Assembly: GCA_964016885.1 (NCBI GenBank)
Contig: OZ024741.1
Coordinates: 156,116,001-156,180,000 of the forward strand
Direction of reading: 5' to 3'
DNA: 64,000 nucleotides
Source: Eledone cirrhosa
Taxonomy: Eukaryota
The notes beneath the pieces are model-generated. The model did not search any database. It had not been told where the DNA came from and saw only the letters and a program-made list of their open reading frames with translations. This document shows, one piece after another, positions 28,711-43,866 of the stretch. How positions within the stretch are numbered: position 1 is the first letter of the stretch; every line of letters begins with the position of its first letter. Position numbers and translations under genes: made by a program.

Positions 28711-28951
28711 TGTATATATATATATATACATGTCAATATATATATAAATATATATAAGAGAAAAGGGAGATGTCCTACACGGGTGAAAGTATAACGAAAA
28801 GAAGTCGAAAATGCAACTAGAGTCTTCTTAAGAATATTTAGTTATATCCTTAAGTAAAATTGAGATGGAGGGTTTGTGGTTTGTCTCGCATCTGGTTGGT
28901 TTTCGAAAGTTCTTTCCTTTTATGTGGAAAGAATGGCACGAATTTCTGGGA

Positions 28952-29150
28952 TTTTAAAAAAAGTAATTTGTTGGTTGATGACTGTCACGTGAATAAGTAC
29001 AACAAATTTCGCGCCAGTTCACGTTCCAAAGTTCTTATTGTATTTACCTGAAAAAATATGGCAACAATTGTCATTTTTTTAAAGTGTAATTTGGTTGATG
29101 ACTGTCACGTGCGTAAGTACATCAAATTTCGCGCCATTTCGTATTTGAGG
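28952..29150. repeat. Two direct repeats 120 bp apart
   Basis: TTGGTTGATGACTGTCACGTG.AAGTACA.CAAATTTCGCGCCA occurs twice. Confidence 0.8.
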
Positions 29151-29444
29151 ATTCTTTATTGCCATGTTTACTCACATGATTGGCCATATATAATATAGGT
29201 GCCAGACAAAGATGGTTTTTCATAGAAAGTTTTATGCCAAACTAAAGATAATGGTCAATAAATGGGAGAGGGAGAAATAGTTCTGGTTCAGTGAGTATGG
29301 CTGAGGTCTTGCTGCGGTGTTAAAATTCAGACTTTCTATTGAAAAATATTGAATCTTTGTGTCGATAATAATGACGGCGGCGATGATGGTGGCAGGGTAG
29401 AAAAGAGAAATATATTTATTTTATGTGTGTGGGGGGGGGGGGGA

Positions 29445-30565
29445 ATTTCTGATCCGTATAGTCGACTATCTCAAATGTGGACAGCCTATGCTAGACCTGT
29501 CTAGACCTATCTATTTCCCTACACAATACCCTATATACGACCTGGATGACCCGATATGCTTTGTCCATGTCCACATTGGCACATTCGGGAAATCCAGACG
29601 GTACATGTCAGGCAGCTGAAAACATCTGAACAGATTTGGTGAGGCTTTTACACATCCTCCACTATCCGCTAATCCTACACAGTCCCAGCGTGCATCTAAG
29701 ATACCGTTCCAGTCGCCCACTAACACTAAAGAGCGTGACGTTTCAAGAAAGGTCTCCAGTCGTCGGAATAATTCAGGCCGTCCTGCCCCTCTCGGGCTAT
29801 AGACAGCCACTAGCACGAAAGCTTGCCCTTCTCCGCTGGTCACGTCCAGCACCACCAACTTACCTTCTCGAGATCCAGACTTCTCCAGAACAACACAGCC
29901 AATAGGAGGTGGTGGGGTCGTTTTAATTTTCTTTTTTGGTTTCTTTCTTCCTCTTTTTTATTTGGAGGGGGAAGATAAGGATTTCTTTCTTTTTTTCTTT
30001 TCTTTTGCTGTAATGGTTTTCCACCCTCAGCGGCATCACAGTCTTTGTCCGATTTATCGATATCGGGAAGGAGCATGCTCTGCATTGATCTTGTTGTTGC
30101 TGTTGGTGGTGGAGGAGATGGTGTGTTTGTCGTTGGTGCTGGTAATTTTTCTGCCACTGCGACCTCGGGTGGTTTGACCACTCCAGTCAAGGCCCACAGC
30201 ATAGGGAGAAAGGGGGCACGTGCTCGCCTTGGTGAGATTGGGGCAGAAGGCCTTAAGGTGCGTCTTTTCACCGCACCCGTGATATCTTGGGCTCATACCT
30301 TCAATAGTCACGGGTAGATAGCTGCCCTCGTCCAGGTCGATCACGTCTGGGATGGCATCTATGCTCTCGTGGTCTGCTTGGATGATTGGCTCCATCCCCG
30401 AGCCTGACCAATTTTCCTGTTTTATCCGCATGGCGTCTAGAATTGTTGTTGACTCCTCGACGTCAGCAAGGACGGCGCCATCATCCAAACGATCTCCACT
30501 GAAGGCGGAACCTATGTCACTCGGACCCCCGTGACTCTCTGGCCGCAGTATGTGGGAACTATCAC
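29445..30565 (-). mobile_element. Tx1/L1-clade ORF1 (zinc knuckle) plus APE endonuclease fragment
   Basis: ENWSGSGME...PRYHGCGEKTHLKAFCP, homologous to ~62410-62600; LVAVYSP...LVLVGDWNGILD...WTW endonuclease motifs. Confidence 0.85.
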
Positions 30566-32441
30566 TATTTCGTCATAATTATATGCCGGGATATGCCGAT
30601 ATATAAAGACAGAGAGATCAAAGCCAACCGATCAGATATAGTAAAAAAAAACACAAAGAAAAAGATGCCTACTAATAGATGTATCAATCCCCACAGATGA
30701 CAATATATCTTCCAAGGAAATTGAGAAACTTCTAGATATAAAAATCTAGAGATGGAAATAACTTGAATGTGGAAAAGAAAAACCTTACCGAAAGAATGCA
30801 CCAATTTCTCGATGAAATCATCATCCTTCTTTTTTAATAAATAGAGTGCAAGAGAAACTCATACAGCTGCAAAGATCGGCTATTAATAAACAGTATGGTA
30901 CTCGAAAAATATATACATCTCTCCTTTCATAAAAGACTTTGTGCAGCTCAAATGAGCTCTTCTCCAAATACGAATGTCAATGGTCACTTGAACGAGAATA
31001 ATTTCAGCCCAAGCCCTCCAGTTTAGCACCACGAAGAAGACAAAAAAAAAAACGATCGGAATCAAAACACACCCTAAATTCTGTTAGGGTATGACGGGAA
31101 AGAAATCCAGAAATGAGACCAAACCTGGGCGAAAAAATTAATTGTGAATGTAAGAAGAGAGATTTTTAGAAACAAGTAACTTAAATGACATTTACAAGAT
31201 GTTGAAAATTATTTGAGAATACCAATATATGAAATTGATAGCAATGAATATGTGAAATTGATAGAAATGAATATGTGACAGAAGAGACACCACAAACAAT
31301 ATTGATTATGTTGTCAACAGGAGAGATTTCACAGAAAATTGAAAGCATCTGAAACACGACAAAGCAGAGTCAAGCTGAAAGACAGATTAACATTATGGAT
31401 GAGGGTACTTCTATTCATGAACATAAAGATCAGATAGAATAAACAAATCAAGAAATTATCAATCAATTTGGAAAAAAAAAAGTATTGGTGAAAGAGAGTC
31501 CTCGCAAAACTTGACATGTAACAACCAGAACAAAAGACACGTAGGAACTGGAAACGAAGCTGTTAAAGAGATGGAGCCTGATGTATCTGAATTGCATGAG
31601 ATTAGATATGCCTAAGCAACAGTAATATAAATGCGTTAAGGAAAAATCAACAAAGGACACAACGCTCACACACACAAAAAAAAACAGCCTGGAAGATAGA
31701 AATTGAGAAAAAAGTTGAAATGATGAGCAGAGAAATATCTATCCTGGTTGAAATATATGCTGAGACAACAGTCAAATCAAGAAAAATAACGAAATAGATT
31801 AACAAAGTCACTTCAAAACCTGATATTCCATCAATCAATGAAACCCTGAAACAAAAGTGCACCTGAAAGCTTAATGTATCAGGCGATTTGAAGAACGGCA
31901 CAGGTTTTACAGGCAAAGTAAGCTGTTTAAGTCAAATGCAAAAAGGTCTTATAGGGACATTGAGACACAGACAATTCAAGTAAAGCAACCTCCTTTATTT
32001 CATGAAATTGAAGAATTTTGGAGACAGAAAATCTCCTGGTGCAAAAACAGAATTGATAAAGACATGGAAAAAGCATACAACAATTTAGAAAAGCAGACTT
32101 GGCAAAACAGAACTATGGAAGAATTGGGGATAGGCTAAAGAAAACCAACAAATGTAAATCTGGAATTGATAAAATGCCAAACATTTCTTTATCTTCTCTA
32201 ACTGCTACCCATGATACGTTGGTAAAATGTTATAACGAAATTATGCACAGCCCTCAGAATGCTCCTTATTGGTTTGCACAAAGTGTAATATATATCTCGC
32301 CAAAATCAACAGAGAAAAATATTCCAAAAATGTATCGTCCTATCCCTTGCCTTCTCACATCATACAAAATTCTCACCTCAATCTTAACTGAAACAACCTA
32401 CAAAATTTATGGATCAACATCATCTTGTTCCTTATTAAGCA

Positions 32442-32997
32442 TTAGCATTAAAGCCCAGCGTTGCTCGGGATCAGTAAGTTACCAAAGTTAGGTTGCACCA
32501 AACATTTTATGGCAGCACATTTTTGTCTGCCAGGCACTGGGTGAATGAAATGCAGACCTGGACTGCCGAAGCAGGAGCTGCGCCAGCAGTGACAATTGTA
32601 GTTTTGCCTATGGATATTACCTCTGTGCAAAGAGGTGCTGAAGTGTATTGTTTCACAGTACTTGCGCAACACGCGCGTAGACGATGCCAGCCGAACAACA
32701 GAGCTGCGATGGAGTTCTGCATAGTTGTCTAATGTGTGTTTTCTAAATTTAAGACAGTAGGGAGGGGTGTGATATGGGGGAGACTTAGCTGCTGTTTCTA
32801 GCAGGTGTAGTGACCTCATAGAGGATATTATTGTGTATAGTAAATAAACTGATACTTCTTTCTTCCACGTTCGCTGAGAGATGTTTTAAAAAAGATGTAT
32901 CGCTATTTTTGTTGTTGAATAAATGTATCTGTTGCTTTTGAATAATTGTTGTCATTGAAGTAAATAAATGTTTGACCGTTCCACACTCAAAAACAAA

Positions 32998-33033
<36 letters not shown>

Positions 33034-33402
33034 CTCGCTCTCTCGCTCTCCTTCATTTCTTTCTCTCTTCTTTCTTCCGAGTTCCTAAAGGAAGTTTTCA
33101 AGGAGTGGTTTAAGCGTATATAAGAGAAAGTTGCAGCATGTATGTAGTTTTATCGAATTTTAAGGGGAGTAGAGAGATGGAACCAGATTGTATTAGAGGA
33201 GTAAAGCGTCATGTATTTAGTTTTATCGATTATTTCCGTAATTGTGGGTGAGTTAAAAAAGATAAATAATCGTTGACCTAAATTAGACCATTTACAACAT
33301 TCATACAGACTTTGATTCGAATCGGTTTGAAATTGTGCAAATGTTTAAACATGAAATATGCACACACATACACAACAACAATCTGCCTTTTATAGATAAT
33401 GA
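32442..33402 (-). mobile_element. Non-autonomous Helitron inserted in the R4/Dong RT
   Basis: Minus strand A|TCATTATCTATAAAAGG ... CCCGAGCAACGCTGGG hairpin ... CTAA|T. Removing it rejoins the host RT as ...HLVP..HRGYHRESYGC. Confidence 0.75.
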
Positions 33403-34211
33403 TAGAGGTTATCACCGAGAGTCGTACGGGTGCAAACACCAACTACTCATTAAAAGCATGATTCTGGAAAACTATTATAAACACAGAAGTTTGAGTACTG
33501 CTTGGATTGACTATAAAATGCATATGATAATTTCTCACTCATTGATTTTGAAAACTTTGGATGTTCTGAAAATTTCTCCAGTAACATCAAACATCTGGAA
33601 ATACAACATGTCTGTATGGATTACAAATCTATCACTGTAATACAGTGATAGATATAAATTCCAACAGCATAAGTATTAACTGTGGTATTTTTCAAGGTGG
33701 TTCGTTTTATTCCTCTGATATTCTGTATTGCCTTCACATTGCTGTCTCTAGCACTCAACAAAACAAAATATAGCTTCAAAATTGATAGCAAAACCATAAA
33801 TCATCTGTTTTATATTGATGCTATGAAACCATGCCTAAAATGACAGCGAATTGGAAGGACTATTGAAGAGAGTTAAGGAGTTCAGTGATAGTGTGGGGAT
33901 GGGGCTTGGATGGGGAAAATGCGCAAAAGCAACATTCAAGAAAGGCAGAATGACAAGTACAAACTCAATGGAAATAGATGTGCATACAATTATTAAAGAA
34001 CTGGAACAGAAACAAACCTACAGATACCTAGGAATCTATGAAGGCCAAGGTGTTCCTCACGGTAGTATAAAAAAGAGAATCAGGAATGAATGTTACCGGA
34101 GAGTAGGTGCTGTCTTGAAACCTGAATTCAGGTCAAAGAATAAAATACTTGCCATAAATGTACTTGTAATCCCAGTTGTCACCTATAATTTCAATATCAT
34201 AAATTGGAACA

Positions 34212-34362
34212 GGTCGGGCGTTATGCTTTCTAGCACAGAGATATGTCCCTTTATGATCTGAGTTCAAATCCCGCGGAGGTTAACTTTGCCTTTCATCCTT
34301 ACGGGATCGATAAAATAAAGTACCTGTAATGCACTGGGATAATTGCTGGCCTTGTGCCATAA
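34212..34362 (+). mobile_element. SINE (octopus-type family) inserted in the R4/Dong element
   Basis: CTGAGTTCAAATCCCGCGGAGGTTAACTTTGCCTTTCATCCTTACGGGATCGATAAAATAAAGTACC. Confidence 0.85.
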
Positions 34363-35045
34363 AAAGAATGGGCACCAAAATCAAAAACATTTGACCTGTA
34401 ATAAATTACATCACCCAAAAACAAATGTGGATCACCTCTATTTCCCTGGACAAAGTGAAGATAGACGAATGTTCTATTTTGGGCTCTCATGTAAAATATT
34501 AACCATTGGACTTGAACAATACCTTCATTCTACAGAATGACTGTTTGCTGAAAATCGTCGCAGATCATGAAAGGAAGAACAGGTTACATTCAATCACAAA
34601 GAAAAGTAGAAAGTTGTGGAACAATTAGGAATAAATTTTGAAATTCTGAAATTAAATCTGGAAAGAAGATCAAAATGTTGGCAAACATGAAGGTCAACTG
34701 AAATTGTGCACTAAATGGGAGCAAAAATCACTGCATGGGAAATATGTGCTCTGTAGCAAAGAACCTGATGTAGATCAAACTCTCATCCATCAGTGGCTGT
34801 GGAGTTTTGAGTGGTAAGAGTGAGCGCTTTATTTTGGTTACACAAGACCAGTGTCTTTCAACGTGCAACTTTCAAGCCAATGTGAACAGAAATGGAACTG
34901 ACCCAAAGTGCCGATGTTACAATGGCAAATTGAGACTATTGACCACCTGATTGCAGGCTGCAAAGTATTAGCTCTTCAGGGATATAATACGAGGAATGAT
35001 AGAATGGTGCAATATTTACACTGGGTAATATGCATGTTTTATGCC

Positions 35046-35830
35046 ACCACTCCTCGGCTCAGAGAGCTGGGAATTCTCTCGTTCTGCTGTCAGTTACAAT
35101 AGACGTCCGCCAAGACGCTTCCGACACAAGTCTGGCATGTGTACGTAAATATCGTAGGGCAGAACATCCAGACCAGGCGATTTACCTATCGTACAGCTAG
35201 TCATTGCCTTGCGTACTTCAGCGGCTGTTATGGTCTTTTCGCAACACACCGCGTCAGTGGTCGAGAGCCGCGGCAAACCGTCGAGGTAAGCACAAAAGTC
35301 CATCCCGTGATCCGGCCCCCACTGCCTCCGAACAGCTGAGTGAAGTGCTGCTGAAAATCCGTACACATTTGCTCGGGATCGACTAACATGTATCCGCGGT
35401 GGTCCTCCAAAGACTGGATCGTAGCCATGTTACCACGGTGTCCCTCCGCCACTTGGGCCCTTCGAACGGATTTCATGCCTTCGTATCTGACGGTGTACGT
35501 CCTAGTTCTGACAACGTAGTCTTCGTGCTTTGTGTTGAAGAATTGGTAGAGGGCCAATCTCATCGCAAGAACGTCGGTCGTGATGCCTTTACTAAGTGCC
35601 TTGTCTAATTTTCTAACTAGTTATCCCTCTACTCTATTTTCCCTATTGCTAAAACCTTTCCGAACTTAATGGACTCTGTTCTAATCGCACTTTTTCAGGG
35701 CGAACCACCATTTGTGTTTAACGACTGATCCCCTGAACGCTATATAACTAATTCACTAATCCGTTCACTGTTCGCTTTGCGTGCCTTGAGTGACGCGTTC
35801 AGCTTCTTGTAGCCGGGTCCCTGTCTATGT
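35046..35830 (-). mobile_element. Tx1/L1-clade ORF2 fragment (linker and RT start)
   Basis: GPGYKKLNAS, LDGLPRLS, GKSPGLDVLPY; homologous to 27240-27820. Confidence 0.85.
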
Positions 35831-36709
35831 TATTGTTATTTGGACGTAGCAAGAAACAAAAGTCTAGCTATACACACACACACATACACACACACACAAA
35901 CGTATATATACATAAAAAAATACCTGTACTTTTGAAATTTAGTGATTGCCACAAAGACATTACCAACTTCCCTTGACAATTGAATACAATAGGCATGAAT
36001 TGCTACTGTCCATATTCACTAAAACATGACAGACCTGTTTTTTAGCATGAATGTCCTACCATATTTGGAGCCTAACGCCATGATGATCCACAGCCTAATT
36101 ATACTTTATACTTGAGTCACGTTTATGTAAAAACCCGAGAGAAGCATGAAACTCCTAATATTTGGCGCAAGATTACAAAAAAACATATTTGATGCCTAAT
36201 CACATGATTTTCCTGTACCTATCAAACCGTACTTCAGACATATAGCAATCTGAGTCACATATTCTGCATAAGATAGAAAATAATTCCCAACATCAGTTAG
36301 AATCGAGTTACAAGTCGGAATAGGCCCACACTTCACCATCACTCTTAACTTTTGAAAATTATGAAACTTTTGAAAGCGGTAAGTTATAAATTATTGTAAA
36401 CAAACCTTCTTAAAGAATCCAAACTTATTTTTCTTTATAAATGCTTTTACAATATATTGCTTGTTACATATATTTTACAGATGATTGGTTCAAGATATGC
36501 ATCAATGTGATAGACCTGACACCAGCATCTATCTGTTCCTCAGGGCGTATGAATCAATCACATGTTTTGATTGGTTTTGCATGCACCTGAAGAGCAGATC
36601 GAACGAAACTTTTGGAAAACATATGTAACGGTCGATATAAAATAAAACGTTTTAAGGTAAAACTTCGTCATATCATACTTCATGAATATGTACATACACA
36701 CACACACAC

Positions 36710-36816
<107 letters not shown>

Positions 36817-36832
36817 CATACATATATGTATG

Positions 36833-36895
<63 letters not shown>

Positions 36896-38024
36896 TCATA
36901 CATACGTATATATATATATATAGACATTTATATACGTATGTATGTATATGTATGTATATATATATATATATATAAATATATTATCAAGAAAACGAAAATT
37001 CAGTGATGCATCTGGACTTAGTTTATTTCGTGTTACAAATGTTTCGCCGGCATGTAGCTCGAGTCATGGTCCTGTATGGATCTGGATGATTCTACTTCTG
37101 CGGGTTCTTTCAGACACGGGTGTTATGTCCGGAGCAAATTTTATCACTGGGGTGTTGTCATCAAAACAACACCCTCAAAAAATCCTCTATCCACTCTTGT
37201 CAGGCCATTGGCTGTTTTTACCCCACGTCATCACAAGTTCTGGTCAGTATCTGCTGCCACACGGTTCATCAACCATTTTCCGTCCGACACATTTCAATGG
37301 AGTCATGCTGGGTTCAGTACTTCACACGTCTGCCCACACTTCAGGGTAAGCACCCACACATACTAGAATAAACACATAATAACACACATATATTCACACT
37401 CATACCTATCTATGCATTCACACTCATACGTCTACATGCGCAGACACCCACACGGCCACATACATACATCGCAGTATATATACTCACACACCCTCTCTCT
37501 CCCTCACTCCCATGGACCCAGTCACACACACTTGTTGATACATGCCGCCACCAGACTCCTGACTGTTCTGTATCAATTGGGTAAGCATGTCCTATTCAAA
37601 CGTACACATATATACACATACACATGCGCGCACACACACATATACGGCCAACCTTCTATACATTTAAATATATATATATATATATAACTATATATATATA
37701 TATACACACACACGCTCCAACATACACACATACATTCACATACATACATATATACACACCTGCGTATACACACATATATATACACACTTAGGATTTTTTC
37801 ATTCTGATGAATGAAAGTAAATATCGTTTGCTTTCAAGTAACCACTGGTAAACGAAATAATTATCTTATGCTGCTCATTAGATAACTATATGTATATATA
37901 TACATATACATATAAACACACACATACACACACACACATATATACACAAACGTAAACTCACACATGTCCGCACACACATACGAACACATACGTACATAAA
38001 CATTGCCTACACACGTACCTACAG

Positions 38025-38532
<508 letters not shown>

Positions 38533-38566
38533 ATATATACACATACATACACACAAAAAAGGAAAA

Positions 38567-39440
38567 AGGTTCAATGCGCCTTACTCTAAACATGTACGCA
38601 CCAACGTGCCAGGACTTTTCTTCCGAGCGCTAGATGAGTGCTTTCCGACGACAAATAAGTACCACAAAATCTTCAACCGCCACACGGTGAAATTTTCCTT
38701 CTCCACGGCGCCGAATATAGCCGACTACATGGCTAGAACTAACGCGGTGAAGATGGCGCACACTGGCCGTCAACCGCGCCGACAGAGTGACCATGTTTCG
38801 GAGCGCGGTGAACCAGCTAGGGACCTGCCTTCAAATGACAACCCGGCCACCGAGGCGACCAGACCGCAATTCGAGGGCGATATGGTCCAACACCGAGAGG
38901 GAAATAGTGACATGGGGTGGACAAATACGTCGGCGGTGCAGCACACTGAGAACCCTGAGAGGGCCATTACAGATCGGGGCCCGAACATCGGACGCAAAAG
39001 AATTGACAGCAGAACTTGCAACTGTAGAGCGGGCACCCAGTGCCCCCTACAGGGAAAATGCTTAATGAAGGACCTAGTATACGAGTGTGTGGTTACGACC
39101 CAGAATGCGCATCGAACCTACATATGCGCAACATCCACGACCTTTAAATCGCGGATGTATAATCACACGAATTCCTTCAGGGACCGTAGCAGAAGGCATT
39201 CTACTTGGTTAGCGGACCTCGTGTGGGACATGAAAGAACCACGGCACCCCATACGCCCTGGAATGGAGTATCGTTCGCCACGCGCGTGCATATTCGGCTG
39301 GAAGTAGAAAGTACCGATTGTGCCTACACGAGGCCATGGAGATAGTCAGACTGAAGGATGACGCCGTCAACCTGAAGTCTGAAATTATCATGACATGCAG
39401 ACACCAGAGAAGATGCACTTTTGCAGCATGGAATCCGCCG
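38567..39440 (+). pseudogene. PLE RT-thumb/linker plus GIY-YIG fragment (Naiad-like)
   Basis: FNAPYSKHVRTNV..FFRALDECFP..KIFNRHTVKFSFS; CNCRAGTQCPLQGKCL..LVYEC..YICATSTTFKSRMYNH; frameshift near 39235. Confidence 0.9.
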
Positions 39441-40296
39441 GGAGATGCAGCCAGGGGGCACGAGAATGAGAATGTACAGACCCGATTGGCCTAGCGAGAT
39501 TAGGGGACCTGACGACCATGATGACGAAGTCCGACCCGCGGGGCAATCATATGTAGACCGGGTGCGCACGTGACCGGGCACGCAACATTGGAAGATGCAC
39601 TCCATGGGCCGGGACCGGCTGATACGGGGCCCACTGCCGCCCGGCCCTGTGCACTAAACGTTTAGAACAGCACACCCAGACACGGTGCCATGCCCCATGG
39701 TGAACGTGGCGGGCGTCACATTGAATGTGTACACCGTCAATCGTGACTATATACTCTATACCTACCCCACTTTGGAAAAGATTGTTAATATTGTTATATC
39801 ATTGTTTTATTACTGTTACCTGTTGTATACACGGACACAAGTCTGCATCTCATAATACCTGTGTGTAGTACGTCACATGGACGTACGCACCTTCTCATAT
39901 ACGTCCCCCGCTCCCGTTTTTTGTCGTTTTTTTCTTTTTTTCTATTTTTCTTCTCTTTTTTTTTCTTTATGCAGTTACATACAGATTTAATGTACCCTAA
40001 AATATTGTAAATTTATTTACATATTTTATTTTATTATCATATTGTGTTTATGTTCACGAGTTTTTTTTATGTGTGGACACATGTGTGTGGCTATATGTGT
40101 GTGTAGATGCGTATGTATGTGTATATATATATGCGTGGGTGGGTGTTGGGGTGTGTGTATGGGCTTGGGTGCATGGGTGCACGAGCTTATGCGCGCCTGT
40201 ATGTGCAGACATGTGCATATATATACATGTGGCAGAATGTGAGTGTATGGGTGGGGGGCGGTGTATACGTGTGTATATATTTGAGCATATATATGT

Positions 40297-40330
<34 letters not shown>

Positions 40331-40683
40331 GTCTATATGTGTATGAGTGAGTAAGTACGTATAGCCACATATGAGTAGGTGTGTGTGTGTGTGTGCGGGC
40401 GGGTAAGTGTGTGTATATATGTGTGGATGTGTATGGGTGTGTATATGTGGATGTGTGTGTAGGTGCAGGTGCATGCATTTACGGGCCTCTATATGTGTGT
40501 ATATGTATTAGTGCATTCATATATGTGTTTATGTGCATCTCGTGGGAATGTGTGCGGATGTTTATATATGGACTATATATGTTTTTTTTTCATTGTGCAC
40601 TTTTACTCCACCTTATTGTAAACCCCCACTGTCCCTGTCTTTGTATTGTCCCCTACATGTCAGCCCTGGGGGCTAATAAATGA

Positions 40684-40885
40684 AGTGGATTGGCAGTATT
40701 GGTAGAGGGTCGGACGCCATGCTTTGACGCATTGAGTTACGGCCCTTGCCATTCTGAGTTCAAATCCTGCCGAGGTTAACTTTGCCTTTCATCCTTACGG
40801 GGTCGATAAAATAAAGTACCAGTAATGCACTGAGATAATTGCTGGCCTTGTGCCAAATGTAGAAACAATTATTATTATTATTATT
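40684..40885 (+). mobile_element. SINE (octopus-type family), near full length, (ATT)n tail
   Basis: TGGCAGTATTGGTAGAG A-box, GAGTTCAAATCC B-box, shared core and tail. Preceded by a Tx1-like 3' UTR scrap at ~40605-40682. Confidence 0.88.
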
Positions 40886-41266
40886 CATGTTGTATTATTT
40901 TATCACATACCCTCTATACATACCCGTATGAGTCTGTGTACGTGTGCGTCTGTGTATGTGTGTGTGTATATATATACGTAGGTGCGTGTGTGTGTGCGTG
41001 TGTATGTGTATGTGTGTATAATAGGGGGATATATATATATATGTATATATATATGTATATATATATATATATATATATGTATGAGTGTATGTAAATATAT
41101 ACCACATTGTATATAATATATTTCATTGTATATTTTTCTTATGTTATTATACTGTTTTTTATTGCATAATGTATTTCCAACTGTTCACTTCGTTTGTGTA
41201 TATATGTGTGTATGTATGTGTGTGTATATATGTATATGTATATATATACATATAGTTATCTAATGA

Positions 41267-41368
41267 ACGCCGAGGTTGACTTTGCCTTTCATCCTTACGG
41301 GGTCGATAAAATAAAGTACCAGTAATGCACTGGTGTATGCTGGCCTTGTGCCTAAAGTGGAAACAATT
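41267..41368 (+). mobile_element. SINE 3' portion
   Basis: Same core as 40770-40870. Confidence 0.85.
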
Positions 41369-41518
41369 AGTTCGTTTACCAGTGGTTTCTTGAAAGCAAA
41401 TGATATTTGCTTTCATTTATCAGAATGAAAAAATCCTAAGTGTGTAGATATATATGTGTGTATACGCAGGTGTGTATATATGTTTGTGAATGTATGTGTG
41501 TATGTATGTGCGTGTATA

Positions 41519-41549
<31 letters not shown>

Positions 41550-42411
41550 ATATATATTTAAATGTATAGAAGGTTGGCCGTATATGTGTGTGTGCGCGCA
41601 TGTGTATGTGTATATATGTGTACGTTTGAATAGGACATGCTTACCCTATTGATACAGAACAGTCAGAAGGCTCGTGGCGGCATGTATCAACAAGTATGTG
41701 TGACTGGGTCTATGGGAGTGAGGAAGAGAGGGTGTGTGAGTATATATACTGCGATGTATGTGGCGGTGTGGGTGTCTGCGCATGTAGACGTATGAGTGTG
41801 AATTCATAGATAGGTATGAGTGTGAATATGTGTGTGTTATTATGTGTTTATTCTAGTATGTGTGGGTGCTTACCCTGAAGTGTGAGCAGACGTGTGAAGT
41901 ACTGAACCCAGCATGACTCCATTCAAATGTGTCGGACGGAAAATGGTTGATGAACCGTGTGGCAGCAGATACTGACCAGAACTTGTGATGACGTGGGGTA
42001 AAAACAGCCAATGGCCTGACAAGAGTGGATAGAGGATTTTTTTGAGGGTGTTGTTTTGATGACAACACCCCAGTGATAAACGTTGCTCCGGACATAACAC
42101 CCGTGTCGGAAAGAACCCGCAGAAGTAGAATCATCCAGATCCATACAAGGATTTGTAACACGAAATAAACTAAGTCCAGATGCATCACTGATTTTTCGTT
42201 TTCTTGATAATATATACACTCTACTCTGATGATTATCGAGTGCTAATTTTGGCATACCGCCTACGGAAGCACCATAGCTACCACTATACACAAATATATA
42301 TATATATATGTAAGTATGTATGTATACGTACATACATATATGTATACAGACGTACAGTAGCCGTACTAAGAGTGAGAAATAAAATTTCGTTTTCATTTTA
42401 TTACAACTTAT

Positions 42412-42442
<31 letters not shown>

Positions 42443-42656
42443 CCTACACACGTATATATATATACATACATATATGTATGTATATGTGTGTGCATGTGTA
42501 TAGGTATATATATTTACATGTACGTATATATGTGTATGTATGTGTGTCTGTGTGGAATGTTGAAAATGTTTTTTGTGCCTGTGAGGAAACGGTTTCCAAA
42601 TTTCAGAGACATAAATAGAATCACATACAGAGTTCCATATCTAAAATTAATTCGGA

Positions 42657-42702
<46 letters not shown>

Positions 42703-43284
42703 ACAGAGAGAGAGAGGGGGAGGGGGGAGTACACATATATATATATACATACCCTAATATATTTATTAATTTTAAATATAGACTCAATAATACCGGAAGG
42801 CACATACGAAGAAGATAAAAACTTGAATGGAACTCAGTGAATACGTGCGTAGATCATATTATATTCGTCTATTATATAGAAAATATTTCTGTCGTTAAAT
42901 ATATATGAACACATGTGCATGTATACTGTGAAAAATGAAAAAGAGGAAATGTTACAGCTCACATTGTTAGCCCCTGTCATATCACGTTGTTATTAACATT
43001 CAGAGCTCAGTCATGTTAATTGTCCTGTTACGAGGCTGCAAAACATAGGAGGTTTTTCAGCTGTTTCAATGACCAAATACCACCTGTGATAAATATCATG
43101 CAATCCTAGTCTTACGTACAAAGTTCCAATGCCCACCATTGGTGGTTGACAATGACGTTAGGTGCTCTGTTCGTTCGTTTCACTTGTTTCGTTTTCGTTT
43201 TATTTTTTCGTCAGCATTTTTGCTAATTATTACTTCTGTAGCATTACGCTCATCTCTGATTAACTGTTTAATTTCCAACACAAA

Positions 43285-43337
<53 letters not shown>

Positions 43338-43354
43338 TCTCTCTCTCTCTCTCC

Positions 43355-43403
<49 letters not shown>

Positions 43404-43704
43404 TCTCTTTCTCTCTCTCTCCCTCTCTCTCTCTCTCACTCCCATTATTTCCCACTCTCCTTTTAGCGAAATCCTATTTATATTCCCTTGCTTTGATTTT
43501 GATATTGCGCAACATAGTGGCACCGTATCCTGCCATGCTTCCAGTCATAAAACCTTAGATTATTATTTGTTCATGTGTCTCCCAGATATTCCGCTGTTTT
43601 CCTTTGTTCCTATTTTGTGTGGTTACATATGCATATTTCCTGGATGCATATATATATATGAAAATATAAATATTAATAAAATAGATGTTTTTTGATCAAT
43701 TAAC

Positions 43705-43755
43705 TTTTATTATACATATTTCAGAGGTACAACAGTACGCCCTCATCAGACAAAA
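43705..43755 (-). ncRNA. Type I hammerhead ribozyme
   Basis: Minus strand TTTTGT-CTGATGA-GGGCGTAC TGTT GTACCTCT-GAAA-TATGTA-TA-ATAAAA. Confidence 0.75.
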
Positions 43756-43866
43756 TATAATGATTACCTTGATTAATCTTAACCATTACGTCATCATCAG
43801 ACAAACGTCCTCATCAGACAAAATATTAACCATTTAACATCTCAGGGTATGTCATGTATCATTACA

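Larger units (their letters stand above)
30900..35045 (+). mobile_element. R4/Dong-clade non-LTR retrotransposon, heavily decayed and interrupted
   Basis: YRPIPCLLTSYKILTSIL, SYGCKHQLLI, LSTAWIDYK, FSDSVGMGLG.GKCA, YRYLGI, ETIDHLIAGCKVLA. The 5' limit is uncertain. Confidence 0.85.

Noticed and set aside
28952-29150. CRISPR-like direct repeats
   Set aside because: Only two long imperfect repeats in eukaryotic DNA with no cas genes; more likely transposon subterminal repeats.
35900-36400. Possible host exon or decayed GIY-YIG
   Set aside because: No open frame or motif I can support.
40684-40775. tRNA gene
   Set aside because: A/B boxes run into a repeated SINE body and there is no cloverleaf.
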